This document shows positions 1 to 14,458 of a stretch of DNA of 64,000 nucleotides, one piece after another. This DNA comes from the human T2T-CHM13v2.0 reference genome, Homo sapiens: NCBI RefSeq assembly GCF_009914755.1, contig NC_060927.1; one strand, given 5' to 3'. The notes under the pieces were generated by a model, which saw nothing but the letters and a program-made list of their open reading frames with translations, was not told where the DNA came from and searched no databases. Numbering within the stretch: the stretch's first letter is position 1; each line of letters starts with the position of its first letter. A program made the translations under genes and the position numbers.

Positions 1-1734
1 TTTCTCTCTGGCTGCTCTTAACATTTTTTCCTTCATTTCAACTTTGGTGAATCTGACAATTATGTGTCTTGGAGTTGCTCTTCTTGAGGAGTATCTTTGT
101 GGTTGTCTCTGTATTTCCTGAATTTGAATGTTGGCCTGCCTTGCTAGGTTTGGGAAGTTCTCCTGGATAATATCCTGCAGAGTGTTTTCCAACTTGGTTC
201 CATTCTCCTCATCACTTTCAGGTACACCAAGCAGACGTAGATTTGGTCTTTTCACATAGTCCCATATTTCCTGGAGGCTTTGTTCATTTCTTTTTTCTCT
301 TTTTTCTCTAAACTTCTCTTCCGGCTTCATTTCATTCATTTGTTCTTCAATCACTGATATTCTTTCTTCCACTTGATCGAATTGGCTACTGAAGCTTGTG
401 CATGCATCACGTAGTTCTCATGCCATGGTTTTCAGCTCCATCAGGTCATTTAAGTTCTTCTCTACACTGATTATTCTAGTTAGCGATTCGTCTAATCTTT
501 TTTCAAGGTTTTTAGCTTCTTTGCGATGGGTTCGAACATCCTCCTTTAGCTTGGAGAAGTTTGTTATTCTGATCTTCTGAAGCCTTCTTCACTCAACTTG
601 TCAAAGTCATTCTCCATCCAGCTTTGTTCCCTTGCTGGCGAGGAGCTAGGTTCCTTTGTAGGAGAAGAGGCACTCTGATTTTTAGAATTTTCAGCTTTTC
701 TGCTCTGGTTTCTCCCCATCTTTGTGGTTTTATCTATCTTTGGTCTTTGATGATGGTGACGTACACATGGGGTTTTGGTGTGGATGTCCTTTCTGTTTGT
801 TAGTTTTCCTTCTAACAGTCAGGACCCTGAGCTGCAGGTCTGTTGGAGTTTGCTGGAGGTCCACTCCAGACCCTGTTTGCCTGTGTATCACCAGCGGAGG
901 CTGCAGAACAGCAAATATTGCAGAATGGCAAATGTTGCTGCCTGATCCTTCCTCTGAAAGCTTTGTCTCAGAGGGGTACCTGGCTGTGTGAGGTGTCAGT
1001 CGGCCCCTACTGGGAGGTATCTCCCAGTTAGGCTACTTGGGTCTCAGGGACCCACTTGAGGAGGCATTCTGTCCGTTCTCAGATCTCAAACTCCGTGCTG
1101 GGAGAACCACTACTCTCTTCAAAGCTGTCAGATAGGGACGTTTAAGTCTGCAGAAGTTTCTGCTGCCTTTTTTTCAGCTATGCCCTGACCCTAGAGGTGG
1201 AGTCTACAGAGGCAGGCAGGCCTCCTTGAGCTGCGGTGGGCTCCACCCATTTCGAGCTTCTAGGCCGCTTTGTTTACCCACTCAAGCCTCAGCAATTGCG
1301 GACACCCCTCCCCCAGCCTCACTGCCACCTTGTGGTTCGAACTCAGACTGCTGTGCTAGCAGAGAGTGAAGCCCCGTGGGCATGGAACCCTCCGAGCCAG
1401 GCACCAGATATTATCTCCTGGTGTGCCCTTTGCTAAGACAGTTGGAAAAGCACAGTATTAGTGTGGGAGTGTCCCGATTTTCCAGGTACCGTCTCTCACG
1501 GCTTCTCTTGACTAGGAAAGGGAATTCCCCAACCCCTTGCACTTCCCAGGTGAGGCGATGTCCCGCCCTGCTTTGGCTCATGCTCCGTGGGCTGCACCCA
1601 CTGTCCGACAAGCCCCAGTGAGATGAACCGGGTACCTCAATTGGAAATGCAGAAATCACCCATCTTCTGCACTGCTCACGCTGGGAGCTGTAGAATGGCG
1701 CTGTTCCTATTCAGCCATCTTGGAACCTCCTCCC
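1..1734 (-). mobile_element. L1PA (about PA5-PA7) 5' UTR and start of ORF1; continues left of the window
   Basis: Minus-strand start GGAGGTTCCAAGATGGCTGAATAGGAACAGC. ORF1 ATG at 719 reads MGRNQSRKAENSKNQSASSP..., frameshifted after about 50 codons. 5' UTR is about 1015 bp. Confidence 0.95.
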
Positions 1735-1779
1735 ATGATGACTATAAGGGAGGCTTTTAAATGGTGGAAATGAATGGTT

Positions 1780-1980
1780 TCCACCAGGACAGTGGCAAGA
1801 TTCAATTATCATTTTAAAAATCTCTGTCAAGCTACAGTGTGGAAAATGGATTGGAAGGAGACAATAATGGCTGCAAGGGTATCAATTAAGAGGCTACTGT
1901 AGCAATGATGATAATTTAAACTGCAATTGGAACAGAAGATATGGTAAAATGTGACAAATCTGAGAGATATTTAGGTTGGT
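1780..1980 (-). mobile_element. L2 fragment
   Basis: gtgtggaaaatggattggaaggag...aggctactgtagca...tctgagagatattt resembles the L2 3' region. Confidence 0.55.
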
Positions 1981-2307
1981 AATTAATTGGGTAAGAGAAC
2001 TGTGGTACATTTTACACATAAAGTCCTAAGGTGCAGTATTTGATTTGGTCTATAAATTGTACTCCAAATCAGCTGATGCTTTTATAGTTAGAGAGAATTA
2101 TCTCAGTAGACGTAATACTTCTCTTTCAAAAACTGTCATGGTTCTTAATCATATTCCACAATGGTCAGTATGGGGATGTTTATGCCTCATGGAATAGAGA
2201 AATCAAAAATTTAAATCTATATTTGATGTTAAATATAAATAGTATCTTCTTATAAAAATACATTACCATTACTCTTAGCTTGATATATTGTAAATTGCTT
2301 TATTCAC

Positions 2308-2489
2308 CTCCTCAGCCATTTTTCATCAGCAGTAGTATATGTGCTCCCTGTTCCTGGCAGTGATTCACTGGATGAGAACATAAATGTATTTGTGGGAATA
2401 TGTATGAACGTTGCTCTGGGAACAAAAGAAACAGTTCTGTTATACCACATTGGTGGTAATCATTCTTTCCCAAAATCATTGCTTGATCC
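2308..2489 (-). pseudogene. Fossil exon, 182 nt, phase 0-2
   Basis: ttttgtttgtttaag|GGATCA ... AGGAG|gtgaat. Reads GSSNDFGKE*LPPMWYNRTVSFVPRATFIHIPTNTFMFSSSESLPGTGSTYTTADEKWLR. Confidence 0.55.
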
Positions 2490-3145
2490 CTTAAACAAAC
2501 AAAACAATGTGAAATAACAAGCATTGCAAATACCTAAGACTTTGGTGTATTGACTGCCTATCTGTCAAATTTGACAGGAAGGATTAACCATGGTTTCAAT
2601 ATTTACACTTGGATTTTGAAAGACTAGATACCAAGTTGATGACTCTTTGAAAATAATATAGAAAAGTATATATAAATACATAGGTAAAAAGGATGGGACA
2701 AAAGTGTCAATGGTTACTGCTGAAATATGGTTTTGGAGTGCAAGTATAGGGGATTTCTGCTATTCATTTTATGCTTATGCAATGTTTAAGTTTTAGGAGC
2801 AGGTATCAGTTTCTAAGAAAAATCGAAAAAAGAGCAGATATGAAAAACAAGATCAATAAAATAGTTTCACTGTTTAATAATGCCAGGTTAGTGAGAGGCA
2901 ACATTCATCATGGAAACTAAATGCATTACACTAGACTTTCACTATTTATAATTATTTTTCTAGGACCATGATCAGACTGGCCCACGGTATATAATCTACA
3001 AATTGACTACTGATATTGTAAGAGGGCTCAGCCATATTCAAATACCATCTATTAAAAAAATTAAATATGCTAATTCGCCACTACAATTTAAAATTCAACT
3101 GTAGGTAAATAAAAGTAAATTGTGCCAATATGCATGTGGAATTAC

Positions 3146-3344
3146 TTGCTTCTGATCAACTAAAAAAAAATTAGTAAGAAATCTGGTGAACATCGTATTG
3201 GTAAACAAAAACAATTTTTAAAGGAAAGTGGCAAGATCCATGTCCAGTCTGATCCAAGGTGTTGCCAGAATGGCAGCCCGAGTTGAGAGCAGAAATGTGT
3301 TTCTCCTCACACCTTTCCAACTTTTAGGCTGTGGTCACTTCAAA
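3146..3344 (-). pseudogene. Fossil exon, 199 nt, phase 2-0
   Basis: atttgcttcttag|TTTGAA ... AGCAA|gtaatt. Reads LK*PQPKSWKGVRRNTFLLSTRAAILATPWIRLDMDLATFL*KLFLFTNTMFTRFLTNFFLVDQKQ and joins the next exon in frame. Confidence 0.5.
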
Positions 3345-3579
3345 CTAAGAAGCAAATCACATCTTAGCCCATGTAGTAATGAGGTTATCCACACTAGAAT
3401 GCATAAACGTCACCTTGTGGCTTGTTAAAAACACAGATTCTTGCCCATCACAAGATTATATTAAACTGACTAGGGTCTCTAATATAATGATGAATAAAAA
3501 TGGAAATAATAAACACATTTATGATCTCAACAAGAAAATTGTTAATATTTCAAATTAAGTATGAAGTCTGCTGTAGGAC

Positions 3580-3864
3580 TTTTTTTTTTTTTTTCGAGAT
3601 GGAGTCTCACTCTGTCACTCAGGCTGGAGTGCAGTGGCATGATCTTGGCTCACTGCAAGCTCCTGGGGTTCAAACAATTCTCCTGCTTCAGCCTCCCGTG
3701 TAGCTGGGACTACAGGCACCTGCCACCACACCCAGCTAGTTTTTGTATTTTTATTAGAGACAGGATTTCACCATAGTGGCCAGGCTGGTCTCGAACTCCT
3801 GACCTCATGATCCACCCGCCTTGGCCTCCCAAAGTGCTGGGAATACAGGCCGCCCTGCCCGGCC
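3580..3864 (-). mobile_element. AluS
   Basis: Poly-T plus reverse Alu; flanking repeat ctgctgtag. Confidence 0.95.
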
Positions 3865-5001
3865 CCTGCTGTAGTTTTTTAAAATAAATATTTATCTGAT
3901 TAAGGAAGCTCAGCTCTATTCCCATTTTGCTGAGATTTTACCATGAATGAATGTGTTTGTCAATTTTTTCCCCTTATCTATTGAGATGATGATATGGTTT
4001 CTCAGTTTTACTCTATTAATATGGTAAGTTGCATTGACTGATTTTCAAATAATCAGCTTGTATTCCTGGAACAAACCCAACTTGATAATGATATATTATT
4101 CTTTTTATATATCACTGGATTTGATTTACCAATGTTTTGGCTAGGATTTTTTTTTCATTTATCTTCATGAAAAAAATTGAACTGTGGATTTATTTTCATT
4201 TAATACCCCTCATCTTTGGGGTCAAGGTTATGCTGGTCTAATGATGTGAGTTTACATATAACTGATATTGCTTCTTCCTTAAATGTTTGGAAGAATTTGC
4301 TGGTAAATTTAAATGGGCTCTTTTTTGTGGGAAGATTTCTAATTATGAAGCTAATTTCTGTAATAGATATAGGATAATTCAGATTCCCTAAAAATATATC
4401 AAATTTAGTTGTATTTTTAAGGAATTTAACCATTTCATTTAAATGTTCAAATTTACTGGCATAAAATCTTACTAATATCTTTTTTAGTGCTTTTTTATTT
4501 CTGATTATTATTTCAATAATTTCTGCTCTTATCTTTATTTTCTTCTACTTTCTTTGCATTTATTCTGTTTCTTTTTTAGATTCTTGATACTGATTACTAG
4601 ATTACTAATTTTCAGGCTTTCTTCTTTTCTAAGAATTTAAGGCTATAAATTTCCATATAAAAACTGCTTTAGCTGCAACATCAAAGCTTGATATGTTATA
4701 TCTTCATTATCAGAAATATTTTTAATTTTTGTTGTGATTACTTTCTTTGAAACATAGGGAAGAAAATATTACCTAATTTCCAAATATTGGAATTCTATCA
4801 TTATCATTTTATTACTGATTTCCACCTTAATACTACTGTGAACAGAAGATAAACTCTATGGTTTAAAGCCTTTGACATTTGTTCAGAAGTGCTTATGTCT
4901 AGGTATATATTATATTTACTAAATCTTTAAAAATGTATATGCTTATTTGGTTGTTGCAGTGTTCTATACATAAGATTAAGTTTGTTACAAGTGGTGTTTG
5001 A

Positions 5002-5283
<282 letters not shown>

Positions 5284-6220
5284 GTTTACTGACATTTTGT
5301 CTTCATATTCTATTAACTACCTGAAGAGGTATGGTAAAATCCCAACTAAGGCTGAAGATTTGTATATTTCTCTTTTTTAGTGCTGTTATTTGCTTTCAAA
5401 TATTTTGAGACCATGCTATATGTACCTATACATATAGCTATGTCTGCTTCTTTTGGAATACTGTGTGTTTGCACAATGTTTCTCTTTTTACAACTTTGAA
5501 TCTTTATATGGATTTATATTTAGACTGTACCTCACATAGTTAGCTTATAGTTGTCTTGTTTTAATAATCCAGTCTAATAATCTGTTTTTAAATAGAAGTA
5601 TTTAGTGTTTTGTATTAATATAATTAAGGTTATATTTATATTCTTATCACTATCTTAATATATTCTTTATTTGTCTCACAGTTTTCTGTTCCTAAATTCT
5701 CTTTTTGTCTTCAATTAATCAAATATATTTTATATTATCCATTTTCCCCCTCTATCAGCTTGGTAACTGTACATTCTTTAAGTGGTTACCCTGGAAATGA
5801 AAATATGATTTCTTGACTTATTAGAATCTACCATAATTGATACTTTTATCCTGTCTGGATAAGGATTTCACATTATTTTAACTTCATTTAATCCACTCTC
5901 ATTCTACCTGTTATTGTTTGTTGCCTTTATTTTAATTCCACAAATATTTTATTTTTCAAGCTTTTTATTATGGATAATTCCCAACATATACAAAAATAGA
6001 CTTAATAATCTAATGAAACGTTCATATTTATCATCCTGCTTTAGCAATCATTAGCTCATGACCAATCTTGTTCCATCTCTATCCCCATCCATTTTCTCTC
6101 CAAATATATTATTTTAAAACAAATTCCAAACATCATATTACATTTCTTATGACTATTTCTGTATGTATATCCAAAAGATGAGTATGCTTTTTATAATATA
6201 TAACTATGATGTCATTATCA

Positions 6221-6515
<295 letters not shown>

Positions 6516-9419
6516 TGCATAATACCATCAAATACTCTGGAAATACTCAAATTTCCAAATGTCTCAAATGTGATAACCATTTTTATAGGTATTTTGAAAT
6601 CAAGAGCCAAATAAATTCTGCATACTGTGATTGGTTTATTTGTCCTTTAAGCTTAATTTAACCTATTGATTCTCCCTCAATCTTTTTTTTTTTGCCCCCT
6701 TGCTATCTATGCATTGGAGAAAGGGGCTTGTTGGAACTGAAGTTTTCCACGCTCTGATGTTTTTTCCCCCATGGGTATTGTATTAAATAAAATGCTTCCT
6801 AGCTGTAATTTCTGTTTGTTTGCAGTTAGATCTAGAGGCATGCAGATTCAAGTTCATTTGTTTTGTTTTTGGTAAGATTACCTCATGGCTAGTGGTTTAT
6901 GTTCTTTTCTCTTTTCCCATAAATATTCAGGGCCTGGGTCCGTTAATTCATTAAAATAAAAAAATAAGAATATTACACTTTTAAAACATTTATTAGCAGG
7001 AATCCTATTATCAAGAGAAAATTCCCCTATCTATGTTTACTTAGTCATACAAGAGATGTGGAACAAATGCTTGATTTTTTACATTTGTATACCATTTTTC
7101 AAAACAACAAATTGGTTCACTAACATCTTTCCATGGTAACCAATCGGTTATAATTATTCTTAATGTTATGAACTCATGGATATAAAATATTTGATGAATT
7201 TGCATCTGCTGCAGTTACTGTCAATGAGTGCTTAAATTGTTCTATCTTTAGTTATAGGACTTACACTCCACTAAACATTACTTTGATTGTTTTAAACAAT
7301 CCATATTCATAGACACTTACTTATATATTTATACTTTTTGGTGTTCTTCATGCCCTCCTTCATTTACATGATTTGAACTGGGACTATTTCCTCTGACTGA
7401 GGAGCTCCTTTTAATAGTTTTGATATAGATATCCTGATAATTAATTATCTTAGTTTTAATTTTCTAAAAATGTCCTTTTTGAAGGATGTGTTCGGTAGGT
7501 ATAAAATTCTGAATTGGCAATTACTTTCTTTTGGCACTTTAACCATGGCATCCCATTGTTTTCTTGGTTCCATTGTTTTGGTTTAAAAATTAGCTTTATG
7601 TCTCATTGGTGTGCCTTTGAAAATATATCTTTTTTCCTTTGGATGCTTTTAAGATGCATTTATTTGTCTTCAATTTTTAAGCAGTTTTACTACAATATGC
7701 CTCCATATTTTATTTGGCTTTTTTTTTTTCTTACACAGTTTCTTGAATCCATGGCTTGATGTTATTCATTAATTTTGGAAAATTCTTTACTGCTATTCTT
7801 CAAATAATACTTATGCCCCATCTTCCCTGAAATCTCCTCTTGGGCCTCCAATTGCCTGACACAGACCTTTACACTAACCAATATGTCTCTTATAAAATTT
7901 TCTTTATTTTTGCATTCTCTTTTCCACTCTGCTTTAATCTGGATATTTTCCCTTGATCTATTTTCCAGATCATGAATCCTCTCTTCTGTTGTGTCAACTC
8001 TATTATTAAACCTATCTACTTAGTTTTAAATTACACTTACTGTAATTTTAACTTTCATGTTGTACATTTGATTCCTTTCATAGGATCTAGATCTCTGGTG
8101 AAATTCTCTGTCTCTTCTTGAACATATTAATCTCTTATCTGAAACAGATTATAGCTATAGATCTTATAGCTCCAATTTCTCAGTCACTTTTGGATCTGTT
8201 ACTTTTGGTTGGTTTTCTGTCTTGATTATTGGCCATTTGTTCTTGTTTCCTGGCATGCCTACTACTTTCTAGTGAATGACAGATACACTTTTTATGGAAA
8301 TTGTACAAGTTTTGAATGATGTTATCTTTCTCCAAAGATGATTTGATTTTCTTCTGGCAGGCAGATAGAGTACAGGAAAATCATCTTAATCCAGTTGAGG
8401 CTGGTATATTTCCAGTTTGCTCTTACCCTAGGTTGTAGTTCTTCAGGGGCCTCAAGGACCTTGAGTATTTCCATGGTCCTACTTCTTTGAAAGCCCTGAA
8501 CTCTGTGAGACACTGAGACTGCTACAATATCTGCTTTGCCATTTACTCCTGTATCAGATATTTTCAGCTTTATATTTTGTTGTCTCTCCCTGGGAGTGTA
8601 CAAAAAGGCCTCAAGGGAAAATTCCATGCAGTATGTTGAACTTACATCTCTGTGGCTCCTTTCCTCTGGGATCTTGTTTCCTCCAGTCCTTTGTTGGTAG
8701 CCCTGAACTCCACTGGTCAGGAAAGAATTTAAGCTATTTCCACTTTAGAAACTAAAATCTTAAGTTACGCTCCTTGTTGATGTATTCATGCTTTTATTTT
8801 CCCTGATTTTTAATATTTTAAAAGCTGGTCACATTCTCATCATTTTGGTATGATCACAAAGAAACATGTAGTAATGGAAAACAAAGAAGTATTGACCTTC
8901 ACTAGGCAATCAACCCTCAGATAATGTCAGGAAATCTGAAGCTTTCTCAAGTAGGAGTATGGAAGAGTGGAGAAGGGAGATGTGTTATTTATCACAGACA
9001 ATACTCAGCACAATTTTATTGCTCCTTGGGGAATCCAAAGCTTTTAAAGATGATATTATTATTTGGAAGGCCTCCAGAGAGCACTAAGTATTAAAAATAG
9101 CACCTGCATTCTGCTAAGTCAAATCACCTGTTTATTATCCAGGGTGATGAAAATCATTTAATAAAATATTACAGACGCTTGTTCAAAATCATGCACACAA
9201 TTCATAGGCTCAGAGACATTAATGTCTATGCCTGGCTCACTACATATTTGTTAAATTGATAACTCAGGTGGACATTAGTTAATATTACCACTTTTTAAAA
9301 ATTAATGATATCAAGTTATTTGAAATAGCCAGTAGAAAACCTCTGCAGTAACATTTCCCATTTTTCCTCATACAAAATTTACATAAAACCTTTGCTTTGT
9401 AATAGCCACTATCTTTTTT

Positions 9420-9790
9420 CTTTAGAGAACCTTCTCCTCCTCCTGCCTTTAGAATATAAATATAAGAATGTGACTCAGGTCTGGTCAGTCCCTGTTCATC
9501 CCATTGGCCAGAGTTATTGGTTCAGAAATGAGCATGTGATCTACATTATTCCATTGAGACTCAGTACTTGGATTTTATGAACACTACTGGAAAGAGAATT
9601 GCTGCTGGTTGGTAAAGGGATAGAATGAAAGATTCAATGTGGTTATCACCACGTAATGAAGACCTGCCTAAGACTGAAGCCAAAACTACTTAAAACTTCT
9701 CAGTTACATGAATCAATAAATGCCCTTTGTTGCCTAAGCCAGTTTATTAGGACTGGGTTTCAGACCTGGAACCAAGAGTTCTTACTAATA
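9420..9790 (+). mobile_element. Old MaLR LTR (MLT1J/K-like)
   Basis: ttattggttcagaaatgagcatgtga...tcagttacatgaatcaataaatgccctttg...cctaagccagttt. Confidence 0.6.
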
Positions 9791-11216
9791 TAGCTATACC
9801 AAAAAAGTGTGTAGCAGCAACCAAGTCTGTCAACAAGAGTGATTAACCCTCAGGTTTAAGAACAAAACTGAAAAGACGCAGTAGCATTAGGAACATGTTT
9901 TTGTGGTGATAAGATTTATTCCAGTCCACTGATAATGTTTTACTTTCCCACCTACATTTACAGGATGCCCAAGACATGAGGCCTGAAATTTATCAATAAT
10001 ATCAAATAACATAGCCCCATTCTTGAAGTTCCAAAGTTAGAGTATTATTGGCATTTTTCACCTATTCCTCACAGAGCTTAGTTATTTGGGGATGAAGTAA
10101 GTTACAGAAGTTTCCAAAAAAGAAGGAAATCTCTATGTGTTTCATGTTTTTAAAATTCTGTCTTCGGCTTTGGCTTAAGTTATGGTTACTGATGGTAGCT
10201 GTAAGTAATATTCCCAGGAGAAAGGCTGCAAATAAAATGAGAATTCCTCAGCATCTTTATTGTCCTTCAAGTGGACACGAATTCAAGCAGGTGCACATAC
10301 TGAGGATCATACATTTCTACTCATGGCATTTAATTAGGAGGAAAGTAAAATGTGCAGGGCCAGAACTTTAAATATTAGTTTAATAACCTTTATGCACCTA
10401 ATTTCTGAATGATTTTCTTACTCTCTGGAGAGGCATCTAATGTCAGACAGTGGCATTAAGGTGAAATTAAGGTGAGTCATGGTAACTGAAAAGCCATGAG
10501 GCAGGCACATGTCAGAATTATTAATTTTAAAGGATATATGAAATATTTTCTCCTCTGAAAATATGCCCAGTTAATGTATGCTGAACTTGAAGTATGGCTT
10601 TATTTCCCTCATTCACAACTAATCACTGTCTCCAGGAGGAACAGACTAAAGAGAGAAAGATTACAAAAGAAGTATAGCCATTTCAAAATCCCCAAACAAA
10701 TGAGAAATCAAAAGAACAATGACAAGCTTGTTGGTTATGTAGAGTAAAATTTTTAGTGTGCCAATCATGGCTGATACCATGTTTTGACCATGTCAAAATT
10801 CATCAAGGCAGGAGTTTTCAAACCTTTTTTGAATATGACCCACAGTGAAAAGTATTTCTATATCTATCTGTAATATGACTGTGTATGCATATACATTTAC
10901 AAAACTCTTACCAAATTAAATGAACTCTCATATTTTCTATTCTATATAATTTCACTAAAAGCAATCCCTAAATTGTCTCACAACTCACCAGTAGCTTACA
11001 AGTTGATATAAAACATATAATTTGACATATATTCCACATCTTAGGCTAAGAGAATTACACATATTCAAATCATTACCAATGCCAATTTCAGATTAAGACT
11101 GTTCTGAAATGAAATCAAATCAACTCTTTCTACACAGTGGAAATTCTTAGACCGTTTATTAACTTCACTAAATATTTTCATAAAGCATTTGAAGCAAGAT
11201 GCTTTCTTCAGGATAA

Positions 11217-11573
<357 letters not shown>

Positions 11574-12743
11574 TGAAACAACCCAATGCAAGCTCACCAC
11601 CTCAAATCCAGATCCAAAGACGACACTATCTTTAAAACAAACAAACGAAAAACCATGTCTCTATAAAAAGGAATGAAACATAATGTCACAGGGTGATATT
11701 CTAATGAGACAAAGAGGTAGTCCCATTATCTGTTTTGTTTTACCTGGTGGTATCAACTGTTGTTTCATCACTGTTTCTGTGAAGAACATGTTTTCTTAAT
11801 GAACCCTTGAGAAGGACAGTGATTTGATGAATGAAAGATGTGACACATGAAACAAAATATTCCTCATTCCACACCTGTGTATATAATATCATTTGGCTCT
11901 CCAAATTATCTTAAAGTTTGAATCTCATTTCTTCCTTCCTCAATATTTTCTTTTACCATGGAGGCAGGGACAGCAAAGAAATGTTTCCTCTCCAGATCCA
12001 CTATTAACTGAAAATTCCAGTGCTCTGAATACTTGTTTTTTTTTTTTTATTTTTAAAAAGGGACCTGAATTTCTATTAAAGGATTTCCTTTATTAACTCC
12101 TGCTGAAGAATTTACATATTGGCAGGTTGGAAAGTAAGCCCTGTAGGAAAGAAATCGGACTTGTTTTTCATCATCAACATGACGGTCTGATGATGGGTGT
12201 ATGAGTTTCCTGTTGACACCCATGTCACATTTACTGAATTACTGTTGAGACCACAGGGTAGACCCAGCTTATACAATTCTTTTGTCTTCTTTCTGCTTCA
12301 CAGATCATTCATAATCACACACGGGGTAAAAAATGAGGGAGCGAAAATTGTGTAAGCTAATTTTCACTGTTGCTGGAAGCGGAAGCAAATAGTTCTCAGA
12401 GCTGAGAGTGAACCTGGGTGGTGAAGAGCAGTCAGCATTACCGGTGGCAAGTTCAGCATTCTGACCAAAATGAGCCACTCTGAACCCTGGTGTTCAGTCA
12501 ATGGCGGTTTCCTCAAATTTGTCCTTAAAAGTTGAAATGTATCATACTTCTGCTCAGCCACCCTTAAGAAACTTGAGTGTATGAGTGTGTGTGAAATACA
12601 AATAAAACCTACACAGCTATTGTCTGGATTGAACAAACAAGCAAATGTGCTCAGTTTTCCAAACAATTGCAGATGCTGTAATAATTCAGAAAAGTGTGTG
12701 CTGAGCAGTGGGGGATGCTGGCATGCTCTGTTAGAATCATTGT

Positions 12744-13049
<306 letters not shown>

Positions 13050-13374
13050 TCATTGCTAACCATGTTGCTTAGCACAATTTTGGAAGGAGGCATGATGCTG
13101 GCACAGAAAACCCTTGTCAGAAATTCCTATTCCTTAATTTTATGCTCTTTCTTTCATTCTTTTCTCACTTCATTGTCATACAGGCAAGTGAAAAAGAGTG
13201 GAAAGAGAAGAGGCGGTGTCAAAGGAAAAGAGAAAAAATACACCTGACTCCTGTTGTTTATGATTGTCTTGTCAGTTAACACCTGGGCAATCATCAACCA
13301 TGTACTTTCCTTGAGCCAGGTCCTTAAAGAACCCAAGATGAAGGAAGTAGACAGAAGCAGCTTTGGGGTGGTTA

Positions 13375-13540
13375 GGGTAGTGCTTCTAGAACTTTAACGT
13401 GGCTACAGATTTCTTGGGAGTCTTGTTAAAATGTGGATTCTGATTCTAGAGTGGGGCCTCAAATTCTGCTTCAGTTGGTGATCTTGTTAAAATGCCGTTT
13501 CCGATTATGGGGTGGAGCCTCAGATTCTGCACTTCTACTC
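13375..13540. mobile_element. MER5-type hAT fragment with duplicated core
   Basis: tcttgttaaaatg...gcctcaaattctgc occurs twice in tandem. Confidence 0.6.
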
Positions 13541-13669
13541 TTAGGGAAACCCAAGCCTCAGGGTTAGTCTTTGAGCCTGGGGCAGTGGCCTATCCTGGGC
13601 CTTTTTCTTTACAGGTATTTCACTTGACTACTTCTCCTTTTTTCAGGGGCCTGCAGTAAAGAGAAATAA

Positions 13670-13870
13670 AGCATGACATAGTCTGAAAAGCACTGGTTCT
13701 AGAATCAAACAAACTTGGGTTGGAATTCCAACTCTGCAACTGATTTGCAATCTGTGTGGTCACAGGTGAGTTTTTTGAATCCCTCTTAAATTCATTTTCT
13801 CCATCTATAAACTGGGTATGCCATTTTTTAACTCTCAGGGCTGCTACAAGGAACAAATGAGATCATGTGC
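13670..13870 (+). mobile_element. MIR
   Basis: gcactggttctagaatcaaacaaacttgggttggaattcc...ttttctccatctataaactggg. Confidence 0.7.
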
Positions 13871-14003
13871 ATCATCAGGTAGGTTCACATTCATTATGAA
13901 ATGAATGACTAAAGAGCCTAAAGCACAACCGTTCTATCTACAGGTAATAAAAAGGAAGGTAGGGTGCAACAATGTTTAAATACATCTTTATTTTTCTTAA
14001 TAC

Positions 14004-14458
14004 CATGACTTTGGCTCTTCCTTAGATCTACAGCTATGGGTTGTGTAGAGTTGTAACCACATTAAGCCAAGCATGTCTTCCCATTTCGAATACTTTTCTG
14101 ACTCCAGAAATTCATTCTCTGATCATGCTTTCAGTAATGACAAAATCCAGAACAGATTGGGTTTTTGAAAATATTTCTTGCTATATCAAATGAGGAAAAT
14201 TTGAAAATATTTCTTGCTGTATCAAATGATGAAAATACATCTGATGATTTACTTGCCCTCAATTAATTCAGTTCTTAGGCTTGCTCTTCTGGACTTCTCT
14301 GGCTCCTGTTTCCAACAACAGATTTCCCTTCTTCTCAAGCTCCCCTCTTCCCAGTCTCTCTCCTCCAATCTGAAATTGGGCTCCCTTTGCTCCCATAGTA
14401 AATAAGGCAAAAGTGTCCCTTCATTCCCATGTGATCCAGCTGGGGAATCTGAGTTTCT
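14004..14458 (-). pseudogene. Fossil exon candidate, 455 nt
   Basis: tcttcttgattcctttag|AGAAAC ... TCATG|gtatta. 69 open codons from the acceptor (RNSDSPAGSHGNEGTLLPYLLWEQREP...); later ENEFLESEKYSKWEDMLGLMWLQ. Confidence 0.45.

Noticed and set aside
9940-10440. Further minus-strand exon candidate containing YLKFWP
   Set aside because: Too many stops in all frames and weak splice sites. Similar unresolved candidates lie at 2030-2217, 21480-21970 and 33295-33440.
14164-14235. 36-bp direct repeat of CRISPR-like length
   Set aside because: Only two adjacent copies, no spacer, eukaryotic context.
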